Source: the human T2T-CHM13v2.0 reference genome, Homo sapiens
Strand: one strand, 5' to 3'
Assembly: GCF_009914755.1 (NCBI RefSeq)
Contig: NC_060929.1
Length of the DNA: 64,000 nt
Below the pieces are notes generated by a model. The model was given only the letters and a program-made list of their open reading frames with translations, was not told where the DNA came from and did not search any database. A program made the position numbers and the translations under genes. The first letter of the stretch is position 1. The number at the start of each line of letters is the position of its first letter. Below are positions 16,656-28,008 of the stretch, piece after piece.

Positions 16656-18030
16656 CTGCAGAAGATGAGAGCAAAGACAGTGCTGTCAGGGAACAGGGAC
16701 AAGCTCTCAGCAACCTGAGAGGGTGTGGACATGGCGGTTCCTAGGGTAGGTCTGAGTGGTGCCAAAATTCCTGGCTGCGATCAAGGTACCCCCACTGGAC
16801 TTCCGTGAGGCTTGGATAAGCCCATGTGAGGTCCCCCTAAACCCTGTTCACAGCTTTAACACAAGGGCTTGGGGGAATGGGACCCACGGAATAAGTTTTG
16901 GTGAGATAAGGGAGGCTGGAAGCAACTGTGGAAGGAAGCCGCTCCTACCTGATGAAGAAAGAAGGTTGGACCCGAGCATGTGAGGTCCTGTCCAACTCCA
17001 GGATTCTGGCTGGGTGAACAGTACAGTGGACAAACAGACATGCCCTCAGCAATAGTTCAGTCTCCTCCCTTCTCCTCATTCACCCTCTGCCTTTTCCTCA
17101 TGTTCCCTAAACCCCCGTGCTCTACCATTCTGAGCCCTCCCCTCTGCCTGGACACCTCCCCATGCATCCCCACCACCATCCCTCATAGGGGTTAAGAGTT
17201 CCTGGCTCTTTCTGACTGCACACATTATTTATTTTTACAGCACTTCTTCTGTCCTACCAATCATGTGCTCTGCACCAATAGGAACTGACTGCGTCTCAGT
17301 CCATTTTGTGACAATAATGTTTGATAAATGTATGAATGTGGCTTCCACCTGCAAAGAGGACAGATCCTTCCAGTTCCTTCCCCAGTTAGTGTTCGTAAGA
17401 GAAGGGTTTTGAGTTCTCTTATTTCACCAAATATTAACTGAGAGTCCATGACCTGCTTCACAACATCCGAAACTCTGGGGCATGGGGCTATGAACCACCA
17501 ATATGACACATGGGTAGAGAATGTGGGTCACAGGAAAACACGGGTATATACATGATGCCACTGAAGATCTCTGGAAATATCCAAGACATTGAAATGTCAT
17601 GGGCGATGCCTGTTTAAAGCAAATCAGTGGGTTCTCAGAGAGTTTACACAGGATATCCTCTCTTGGGGAGATAGTGGCGAAGCATATGCACTAAGGGTTA
17701 AGACCACATGACTCACCATTCTGAATCTACCACACAGTCAGGGGTGGGGGAAATCAGAAATAAGATACAAAGGAGGGCCAAAGACATGGGAGATGGAGAT
17801 AAGCACCTCTACCAAGCTCGTGCAGAGCAACCGGGGGTATCTATGGGTAGGTCAAGGGGAAGGTGTGGGAGGACCAAAGCTGCTCTGGAGAGCAGAGCAT
17901 GGAGACCTACTAAGAGCTCTCTCTATTTCTGGTCCTAGGAGGTTGGTTAAAAAGAGGAATTTGGGTCAAGAGGCTGGCAAGGTGAAGAGAGATTACTATT
18001 GATCTAAGACGGTTTCTGGTGAGATGGCTA

Positions 18031-18405
<375 letters not shown>

Positions 18406-18680
18406 GAGGCTAGTATAGTAAGAATTTTCATATGACAGAACTGGAAGGAATGTTGAAAAACAACCCTACTGACTTTTAAAGATTTGCAATGCAAAGTGGT
18501 AAAGGAGATTTGCACCCTAAAAGACCATGTAGCTAATCCAACATTTTAAACAACTGGACAACTTGCTCTGGTGCAAAAGGACACTATTTGGAAACTAGGT
18601 AGACAAGGTAAATTTAAAAAAAGAGAGAAAGCCTTTTTTTTTTTTTTTTTGCTCATTTTCACCAATTAAAAAAATATCTA

Positions 18681-18992
<312 letters not shown>

Positions 18993-19004
18993 TCACAAAG
19001 TATC

Positions 19005-19697
19005 ACAAGGGAGATAACCTTTAGGTCTGGCTGCCTGAGAGCCAGGCGGAACAGAGCCATATTTCTCTTCTTTCAAAAGCAAATAGGAGAAATATTGCTA
19101 AATTCTTTTTCTCAGCAAGGAACAGCCCTGAGAAAGAGAATGCATTCCTAGGGGGAGGTCTCTGAAATGGCCACTCTGGGAACGTCTGTCTTTTATGGTT
19201 GCAGATAAGGGATGAAATAAGCTCCGGTCTCCTGTAGCGCTCCCAGTCCTATTAGGATGAGGAAATTCCCGCCTAATAAATTTTGGTCAGACCGTTGTCT
19301 GCTCTCAAACCCTGTCTCCTGATAAGGTGTTATCAATGACAATGCATGCCCGAAACTTCATTAGCAATTTAAATTTTGCCCCGGTCCTGTGATCTTGCCC
19401 TGCCTCCATTTGCCTTGTAATATTTTATTACCTTGTGAAGCACATGATCTCTGTGACCCACACCCTATTCGTACACTCCCTCCCCTTTTGAAAATCACTA
19501 ATAAAACTTGCTGGTTTTGCAGCTTGGGGGGCATCACAGAACCTGCCGACATGTGATGTCTCCCCCGGACACCCAGCTTTAAAATTTCTCTCTTTTGTAC
19601 TCTTTCCCTTTATTTCTCAGACTGGCCGACACTTAGGGAAATAGAAAAGAACCTACGTGAAATAACATTGAATTATTGGGGGCGGGTTCCCCCGATA
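19005..19697 (+). repeat. 5' LTR (MER11 family), lacking the first ~388 nt of U3
   Basis: Aligns to 24009-24693 at roughly 95% (manual count ~35 substitutions plus a few indels over ~690 nt); AATAAA at 19500-19505; ends ...gggttcccccgata just before the PBS. Confidence 0.9.
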
Positions 19698-19699
19698 TC

Positions 19700-19717
19700 T
19701 GGCACCCAACATGGTCT
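19700..19717 (+). promoter_or_regulatory. Primer binding site, tRNA-Lys type
   Basis: tggcacccaacatgg equals the Lys PBS TGGCGCCCAACGTGG with two CpG>CpA changes; lies 2 nt after the LTR end. Confidence 0.85.
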
Positions 19718-19757
19718 TTCTTTTTTCCTAAGTGCATGTGGGAACCCGATTCCCTTT

Positions 19758-19952
19758 GGTAGAGATTTACTGGCACAATGGGGGGCTGAAATTAATATTC
19801 CACGTAACTCTTATAGTGCTCCCAGTCAGCATATGATGGAAAACATGGGGTTTGTTCCTGGGCTCGGTCTCGGTCCAAAGCATGAAAGGATTACTAAACC
19901 CCTCCCAGTTACTGTAAAAGAAAACAGGGCGGGTTTAGGTTATCCTTTTTAG
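19758..19952 (+). pseudogene. C-terminal remnant of retroviral pro (protease end plus G-patch)
   Basis: GRDLLAQWGAEINIP...[24 protein letters not shown]...AGLGYPF matches the HERV-K protease GRDLL motif and betaretroviral G-patch; gag and the DTG active site are absent. Confidence 0.88.
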
Positions 19953-21452
19953 TGGCGGCCGCTGCCACGCCTCCTGATCCTATCCCTTTACAATGGAAAT
20001 CTGACACACCTGTTTGGATTCAGCAGTGGCCGCTCTCTAAAGAAAAACTGGAGGCTTTAACTCACTTGGTTTCTGAACAGTTACAACTTGGAAATGTGGA
20101 ACCTTCTCCTTCCCCCTGGAATTCTCCTGTGTTTCTGGTAAAAAAGAAATCAGGCAAGTGGCGGATGGTAACCGATTTAAGGGCTATTAACACTGTAATT
20201 AAACCTATGGGGGCCGTTGAAACCGGCATGCCTGCCCATGCTTTAATACCTAAAAATTGGCCTCTCATAGTTATTGATCTTAAAGATTGTTTTTTTCATA
20301 TTCCTTTACATAAATTGGATTGTGAAAAATCTGCTTTTACTGTACCATCTATCAATAATCAGGAGCCTGCAGTTCATTATCAATGGAAAGTACTTCCTCA
20401 GGGAATGCTAAATAGCCCTACAATCTTCCAGCTTTATGTTGGGCAAGTGCTTTCAACAGTTTGAGCCCAATTTCCCCAGGCCTATATTCTTCATTATATT
20501 GATGATATTTTAATTGCTGCCCCCACTGATAAAGAATTAATTGACTGTTATCAAAGTTTGAGCCGCCGTGTTACAGAGGCTGGATTACACATCACTCAGG
20601 ATAAACTTCAACAGACCACTCCTGTTCAATATTTAGGAATGGTGGTCGATAAACAACATATTCAACCTCAAAAAGTTCAAATTAGGAAAGATTCTTTGAA
20701 AACTTTAAATGACTTCCAAAAACTTTTGGGTAACATTAATTATTTAAGACCTACTTTAGGTATTCCAACCTATGTGCTGTCTAACTTGTTTTCTACACCA
20801 TGGGGAGATTCCAATCTCCGCAGTCCCAGGACTGACCCCTGAGGCTTCACTAGAACTGGAATTCGTAGAGGAAATTCCAGTTATCTAGAGTACAGCCGTT
20901 TCAGCCTTTTCAGCTTCTGGTTTTCGCTTCATTACACTCCCTTACTGGACTAATAGTTCAACATAATGATTTAGTGGAGTGGTGTTTTCTTCCTCATTCT
21001 GTGTCAAAAATTTGTCTGTTTATCTAGATCAAATGGCCACCTTAATTGGACAGGCTCAGTGTAGAATACTTAAAATTTCCAGATTTGATCTGAATTTAAC
21101 TGAAGTTCCTTTAAAACAGCTTGAAGTTCAAGCCGCCTTTCAACATTCCATACTATGGCAAATTCACTTGGCTGATCTTATTGGCATTATTGACAATCAT
21201 TATCCAAAGAACAAATTGTTTGATTTTATAAAAATGACATCTTGGGTGGTCCCTCGATTAACCAAAGATCAGCCCATTCCTGAGGCCGTTACAGTGTTCA
21301 CTGATGGCTCCAGAAATGTAAATGCTGGTTATGTAGGTCCTACAAACAAGCTTATTTCTACCCCTTATACCTCTGCTCAAAAGGCTGAGTTAATTGCTAT
21401 AAATACTGCCTTACAGGATTTCCCCAAACCTTTAAATATTGTCTCTTATTCT
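19952..21452 (+). pseudogene. pol remnant: reverse transcriptase, connection domain and RNase H
   Basis: Motifs [46 protein letters not shown] (20495-20506), FTDGS and SAQKAEL; TGA at 20462 (likely CGA>TGA) and frameshifts near 20833-20880 and 21010. Confidence 0.93.
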
Positions 21453-21454
21453 AC

Positions 21455-21502
21455 TTAACATGGGAAAGAGGATATGCTTGTGTTTCACCAGGAGATCATC
21501 AA
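21455..21502 (+). pseudogene. Integrase C-terminal scrap
   Basis: LTWERGYACVSPGDHQ resembles the HERV-K IN TWGRGFACVSPG motif; the HHCC and DDE core are missing. Confidence 0.75.
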
Positions 21503-23620
21503 AAGAAAACCGCAGGGAAAAGACGTCCGCATCAGAGACTGCCCTCAGACGTGGTGAGATCTGTGCCAACTCCTTAGAAGCCGGCACACCAAATCACAAT
21601 GGGTCTGATTCAATCCTCCTTGATGGCAATGGAGACCCATCTAACTAATTCCACTTTTCCTGATTGCCTTTCTTTTTCTCCTTACAAACCTAAAAATCTC
21701 ACCATTTCTATTAGCCTGACAATAACATCCCTCTGTTCTTCTCTTCCTCCTTCAGCACTCAATCTCGCTTACACTGGGTTTTATTTAATTATTCTCCTCC
21801 TTATACTTTCTGTCTCACCAGTTTCCTCTCACACTGATTTACCTGCTACACAAAATTATTCTTATTGGGCTTATGTGCCTTTTCCTGCACTTATTCGACC
21901 TCTCACCTGGATAGATGTTCCTGCAGAAATCTACACTAATGATAGTGTGTGGATGCCTGGAGCTACAGATGACTGTTGCCCTGCTCAACCAGGAGAAGAA
22001 GGAACTGCATTTAATGTTACAACGGGTGATAAATACCCCCCTCTGTGCCTTGAACATGCACCTGGTTGTATCCATCTAGAAACTCAAGTCTGGGCTACTT
22101 ATCTTCCAGAGAGATCAGCTACAGAGGAACCGGGACATTTGGTCTCCGGCCTCTCCCTTTCTCTTTTGAAACAAATGAAAGGGGGAGTACTGGGAGATAC
22201 CCCATACTTTCAATATAAACCTGAGGAAAACCATGCCCTAAAAATTTTGAGGGCCCATCTAAAACTTTAATCTCAGAAGACTGTGTTAACTCACATGCAG
22301 TAATATTAAAAAATGACTCATATGGTTTAGTAATAGACTGGGCACCAAAGGGCTATTTAAAAAACAATTGCTCCTCTGGCAGAAGGGAATGCCTGGAGGC
22401 TACTTATTTTATTTCTTATCGGGAGAACGAGAATCATCATTCTACTTTGCATAGGAGGTTCAGCTTGTTCTTTCCCTTAAAATGGGAAGATAAAGGCATT
22501 ACCCCCCTGAGGCCTCATATGATACTCCCCATTCTGAGCCCAGAACACCCAGAACTTTGGAAATTGGCTCTTGCCATGTCTGGACTGCAAGTATGGGAAG
22601 GGAAAACTATTCTGTCTGTTGTCCCCACTACCGTCCCCCTCTCTCAGTATCACCATAGATCCAGACATTCTGCTTTACTTACCTCCAACCTGACTGTTCC
22701 CACACAGAGTTGTGTTAAGCTTCCTTACATGCTGTTAGTAGGAAATATCAAAATTTGGACGAACAATCAAACTGTCCAATGCATTAATTGTCATTTATAC
22801 ACTTGTATTAACTCCCATTTTGACTCCAGGGAAAGTGTAATGTTGGTTCGGGCTCGAGAAGGAATCTGCATTCTGGTAACTTTGCCCAGACCTTGGGAAT
22901 CCTCCCCCTCAATACATTTAATTAATGAAGTGTTACAGCAAATTCTAAAAAGATCTAAGAGATTTGTTTTCACTTTAAGCGCTGTGATCATAGGCCTAAT
23001 TATAGTCACTGCACTGGCCACCACTGCTGGAATGGCGTTACATCAATCTATTCAAACGGCTCATTTTGTTAACGATTGGCAAGCCAATTCCACCCAAATG
23101 TGGAATTCTCAACAAGGCATTGATCAAAAATTGGCTAATCAAATTAATGATTTAAGACAGTCTGTTATTTGGCTTGGAGATTGGGTGGTGAGTCTCGAAC
23201 ATCACATTCAAATGCAGTGCGATTGGAATACTTCGGATTTCTGTATCACCCCGTATTCCTACAATGAGACTGATCATTCATGGGAAATGGTCAAAGGACA
23301 CCTTCTAGGTAGGGAAGATAATTTATCATTGGACATAACTAAATTAAAGAAACAAATTTTTGAAGCCTCTCAAGCTCATTTATCCATTGTGCCTGGAGCT
23401 GAGGCGTTAGATCAGGTGGCAGAAAATCTTCTGGATTAAACCCCACGACTTGGATTAAGTCTATTGGGGGCTCCACTGTAGTAAATCTTAGAATTATGTT
23501 TCTCTGTTTAATTGGCTTATCTTTAGTGTGCCGGACCAGTCAAAGAATCCGGCATCAAAATTGAGAGAACGAACAAGCCTTCATCGCCATGGCACATTTA
23601 TATAAAAAGAAAGGGAGAGA
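21503..23620 (+). pseudogene. env remnant (signal peptide, SU, TM), near full length
   Basis: Hydrophobic FYLIILLLILSVSPVSS, then NYSYWAYVPFPALIRPLTW (SU start), furin site RSKR at 22951-22962, fusion peptide FVFTLSAVIIGL and CDWNTSDFC (CX7C). Lesions: TAG 21575, frameshifts at ~22223 and ~23430, TGA 23562. Confidence 0.92.
23604..23620 (+). promoter_or_regulatory. Polypurine tract
   Basis: aaaaagaaagggagaga immediately before the TGTTG start of the 3' LTR. Confidence 0.85.
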
Positions 23621-24693
23621 TGTTGTAGGAAGTCAGGGACCCCGAACGAAGGGACCAGCTGAAGCCGTGGCAGAAGAACATAAATTGTGAAGATTTCATG
23701 GACATTTATTAGTTCCCCAAATCAATACTTTTATAATTTCTTACGCCTGTCTTTACTGCAATCTCTGAACATACAGAACAACAAATGTCCATGAAGATTT
23801 CAGGGACATGTATCACTTCCCCAATCAATATTCTTCTGATTTCCTATGCCTGTCTTTACTTTAATCTCTTAACCCCATCATCTTCGTAAGCTGAGGATGT
23901 AGGTCGCCTCAGGACCCTGTGATGATTGCGTTAACTGCACAAATTGTTTAAACAACATGAAATCTGGGCACCTTGAAAAAAGAACAGGATAACAGCAATG
24001 TTGAGGGAACAAGGGAGATAACCATTAGGTCTGGCTGCCTGAGAGCTGGGCGGAACAGAGCCATATTTCTCTTCTTTCAAAAGCAAATAGGAGAAATATC
24101 GCTGAATTCTTTTTCTCAGCAAGGAACAGCCCTGAGAAAGAGAATGCATTCCTAGGGGGAGGTATCTGAAATGGCCACTCTGGGAACGTCTTGTCTTTTA
24201 TGGTTGTATGTAAGGGATGAAATAAGCCCCAGTCTCCTGTAGCACTCCCAGGCTTATTAGGATGAGGAAATTCCTGCCTCATAAATTTTGGTCAGACCGT
24301 TGTCTGCTCTCAAACCCTGTCTCCTGATAAGGTGTTATCAATGACAATGCATGCCCGAAACTTCATTAGCAATTTAAATTTTGCCCCGGTCCTGTGATCT
24401 CACCCTGACTCCATTTGCCTTGTGATATTTTATTACCTTGTGAGGCATGTGATCTCTGTGACCCACACCCTATTCGTACACTCCCTCCCCTTTTGAAAAT
24501 CACTAATAAAAACTTGCTGGTTTTGCGGCTTGCAGGGCATCACGGAACCTGCCGACATGTGATGTCTCCCCCAGACACCAGCTTTAAAATTTCTCTCTTC
24601 TGTACTCTTTCCCTTTATTTCTCAGACCAGCCGACACTTAGGGAAAATAGAAAAGGACCCACATTGAATTATCGGGGGTGGGTTCCCCCAATA
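23621..24693 (+). repeat. Complete 3' LTR, MER11 family (1073 nt; length suggests MER11C-like)
   Basis: Starts tgttgtaggaagtcagggacccc; internal ~100-nt U3 repeat; AATAAA at 24505-24510; ends gggttcccccaata. Subfamily call is from recall. Confidence 0.88.
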
Positions 24694-26317
24694 GGGGGAA
24701 TTTTGGGGAAGGCATTTACCTCCCGGAGCCTCAGTCTCCTCATCTGTGAAATGGGACAGCAGCCCCTAGCTCTTAGAAGCTGTCTCCATGACACCCAGCA
24801 CAGGGGTGGCCCTTAGTAGGTGCTTGCAAAGGGGCAATTACTTTAGACTTTAGATGATTCATGCACTCTGCAATTCAGAGTGCACGTTCTTTCCTCAACT
24901 CCCAGCTTTCTTAAACCTGCCTCCAGCAGGCCAATTTGTCATTTACCCACAGCAGAGCCCGAGTTGTGGCTCAGGCCCTGGCTGTGGGGCAGAACCGTGA
25001 GGCCAGTGGTAGGCATGGGAGCCAGCACCTCCTTGGCCAGGGCCTCCCTGGTGAGGTGCCATGGGCAGCGGCCCCGGCCTGTGCCTGACATGAGGTGTTT
25101 CTGTGTGCATCTCAGGGAAGGAGGGTGAGCCGATTGCCTTCCTGGAGTGGAAAGGGTGTTCAGAGGCGAGCACAGCCTTTGGTGGGAATGGTCGGCTTTT
25201 GTTTTCCACTGTGGAGGAAGGCCAGACTGTAATTCCTATTTTTCAGGCAGCATCCTCTGCCAAGTTGGCTTCCCCAGCTCCTCCTGGGATGGAAAACTGT
25301 GCAGGCTGCTCTCCCCTCCCCCGCCTTTGTGCTAACATGAGACTTGCTTTTGTTCTGCTGACGCGGCAGTCTTGGCAGAAAACTGACCCCTAGGAGAGGG
25401 GGCGCTTCTTTCGTGCTTCCCTGCCTTGGCCTCACCCTCGGCCTTGAGGAAAAGCTAAGAGGTGGCTCAGAAGGGGTGGTCCGGGGTCCTGGGGCCCAGC
25501 GGGGTCCTGGGGTCCAGCAGGACCTCTCCAAGCCACAAGTGGGTGCCTTGAGAAGGGACCAAGTCCCTGGGAACGGCATTTTCATTAATTCTTTGGTGGA
25601 GATGGATTACGTAACCATGAAAGCTTTTAAGAGCTTGGGAGAGGGTCGGCTCAAGTTCTTCTCTGTCTTGGGTAGTTTTCTAGAGCTGAGTTTGCCTTTT
25701 ATCCAGTAAAGAGTTAGAACTCACTGCCTTCCTTTCCTTTCTTGATGTAAAAAAGCTACATTTGGAGTCCAGTTTACCTTGAATATCCAGAATGGTCATT
25801 TAAGGAGGACTCTAACATGTGAAACCAAGAGATTCCAAAGGCATGTCCCAGGACCCTGTTTCTGCCTTTACCAATAATCTACTATGTGCCAGGAACTGGA
25901 CCTTGTGAAGCAGGGGTCACTGTCCCGTTTTTAACAGATGTGGAAACTGAGGCTCAGAGGGGGATGTCGCTTGCTTGAGGTCACAGGCTAGTCTGTTTGA
26001 CTCTGAAGCACACGCTTTGGAGCGCTGACATTTGGCTGCCGCAGCTGGCCAGCGGGGTTTTCTCCAGCAGGAAAGAAAATTCCAGCATGGTTGTACACTT
26101 TGCCAGTGGAGAAACTACAAATGTTAGCTTTTTTAGGTAAAGGATTCTCCCAGTGGAGGAGGCCTGGCAAACACATGCGCCCTGTCTCTAAACCCATTCA
26201 GTGACATTAATACCTGAAGAACCCACTATGTTCTGGACTAGGGGGTTGGGAGACTGGCACTTGTGTGACCCAGGGAGTCCCCCCAATCTCTAGACCTGTT
26301 CCCTTTGCTGAAAAAAG

Positions 26318-26607
26318 ATATATATATATATATATTTTTTTGAGATAGAGTTTCACTCTTTCACCCAGGCTGAAGTGGTGCAATCTCAGCTCACTGCAAC
26401 CTCCACTGCCCGGGTTCAAGCCTCAGCCTCCCAAGTAGCTGGGATTATAGGTGCCCGCCACCACGCCCAGCTAATTTTTATATTTTTAGTAGAGAAGGGG
26501 TTTTGCCATGTTGGCCAGCCTGGTCTCAAACTCCTAGCCTCAGATAATCCACTCACCTTGGCTTCCCAAAGTGCTAGGATTACAGGTGTGAGCCACCATG
26601 CCTGGCC
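26318..26607 (-). mobile_element. Alu with a (TA)n tail
   Basis: Antisense Alu preceded by a tatata run. Confidence 0.88.
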
Positions 26608-27279
26608 TTGAAAAAGGATCTAAAGGGCCCGTCCAGCTCTAAATATCTGTGACTTAGGGTGATTGTCAGATTGCTGATTTTCAGTACATAAAAATCATCA
26701 TAGTAAGTGCTTGATAGCTGTTAGTGACCTGCCAGGCATTTACAGAATCATCATAACAACTTCATCATTTTAGTACCATCATTATCTCCAATTTGCAAAT
26801 GAAGTCATCTACCCAGGGTGACAGAGTTGGTGAGGGGGGCATGCTGGGATTGGAACCCAGGTTGTCTGACTCCAGGCACGAATTTTGGAGCCAGCCATAC
26901 CTGTGTCTGAATTCCAGTTCTGCCATCTGTGCAAGCGCCCATAGGTTCCCTGAGCCTCAATTTTCCTCATCTGTGAAATGGGTGCAGTAATGCCTATGCC
27001 GCAGGGCTGCTCTGAGGAGCAAACGAGGTAATGAAAGTAAAGCACTGAGTGACTGGCCCACAGTAGGGAGCTATTATTATACTTGAAGCAGTAACACTGG
27101 TTTGGGTAACCCCTCTCTTTGAGCTGAAGCCGTGATAGTATTCTTTGGTAAGAATTTGGAGGGATGGAGACTGACTGCCTTGGGAACAGAGACTAGGCAT
27201 AATTGCATTAAACGCTGCACAGCAGCTGGTGTGCTGCCTGGTAGCCATGTGAGGTAGGTTCATAAACTTTCTAAAATAT

Positions 27280-27835
27280 CCCCCAAGGATGTGCCGCCCT
27301 AATCCCCAAAGCTTGTATATGTGACGAGCTATTATATGCCTTCCGTTCACTTTAGAAGAGGGAGATTATCCTGGATTAGTCAGGTAATAATTGTATGAGT
27401 CCTTAAAAGCAGACAGCTTTCCCTGACCGGTGGCAGAAGGCAAAGTCAGAGGGATCTGAAGCCCTAGTCAGATTTGCTGCCCCACTGTTGGCTGGGAGAT
27501 GGAGAGGGCTCCTGTGATGAGGGATGTGGGAAGCTTTTAGAGGATGAGAGGGTGGCAGCCAGCAAGGAAACAGATCTTGGTCCTATAGCTCTGACGAGCT
27601 GAACTCTGCCAACAATCTACGTGGAGGCTGGAAGTAGACTTTTCTGTAGGTCTTCCAGATAAGAGCTTGGCTCAGCTGACATCTTGACTTCAGCCTCATG
27701 AGACCTTGAGCAGAACCCAGTTGGGCCAAAAACCCTGCCTGGATTTTTGGCCCACAGACCTGTGAGGTAACACATGGGTGTTTTAAGCTATTAAATTGGT
27801 GGTAATTTGTTATGTAAGAATAGAAAACGAATACC
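27280..27835 (+). mobile_element. MaLR (MLT1D-like) solo LTR
   Basis: ccctaatcccc...gggagattatcctggatta...ctgaactctgccaacaa...ttttaagctattaaattggtggtaatttgttat...atagaaaacgaatac. Confidence 0.7.
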
Positions 27836-28008
27836 ATAGTTATAGAAACAGAAAGCACTCACTAGAAAAACTTTCTGAGTTCGAATTATTCCCATTTTAG
27901 AGATGGGAGAAACTGAGGATCCCAGAGGTAAAGGGTCTTCTCAAAGTCATTCATCAGCTAGTAAATGGTGTAGCATCTAATGCCAAAACCCAAGTACTCA
28001 GTCATTAA

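Larger units (their letters stand above)
19005..24693 (+). mobile_element. Defective endogenous betaretrovirus-like provirus, HERV-K11/HML-8 (MER11 LTRs), antisense to the host gene
   Basis: Two homologous LTRs, Lys-tRNA PBS, G-patch/pro remnant, RT with YIDD, RNase H, IN C-terminal scrap, env with furin site, and a PPT. Confidence 0.92.

Noticed and set aside
16492-16713. 73-aa ORF as a standalone gene
   Set aside because: Only 16579-16655 is coding (SH3PXD2B exon 4); the rest is intron read-through.
19016-24282. Small ORFs in the LTRs (18912..19151, 23973..24155, 24025..24282 and others)
   Set aside because: Duplicated because the LTRs are duplicated; no similarity to sag or other known accessory genes that I can recognise.
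25388-25410. CTCF-like motif ggagagggggcgct (similar partial hits near 57984 and 59666)
   Set aside because: Only the 3' half of the consensus matches; not supportable without ChIP data.
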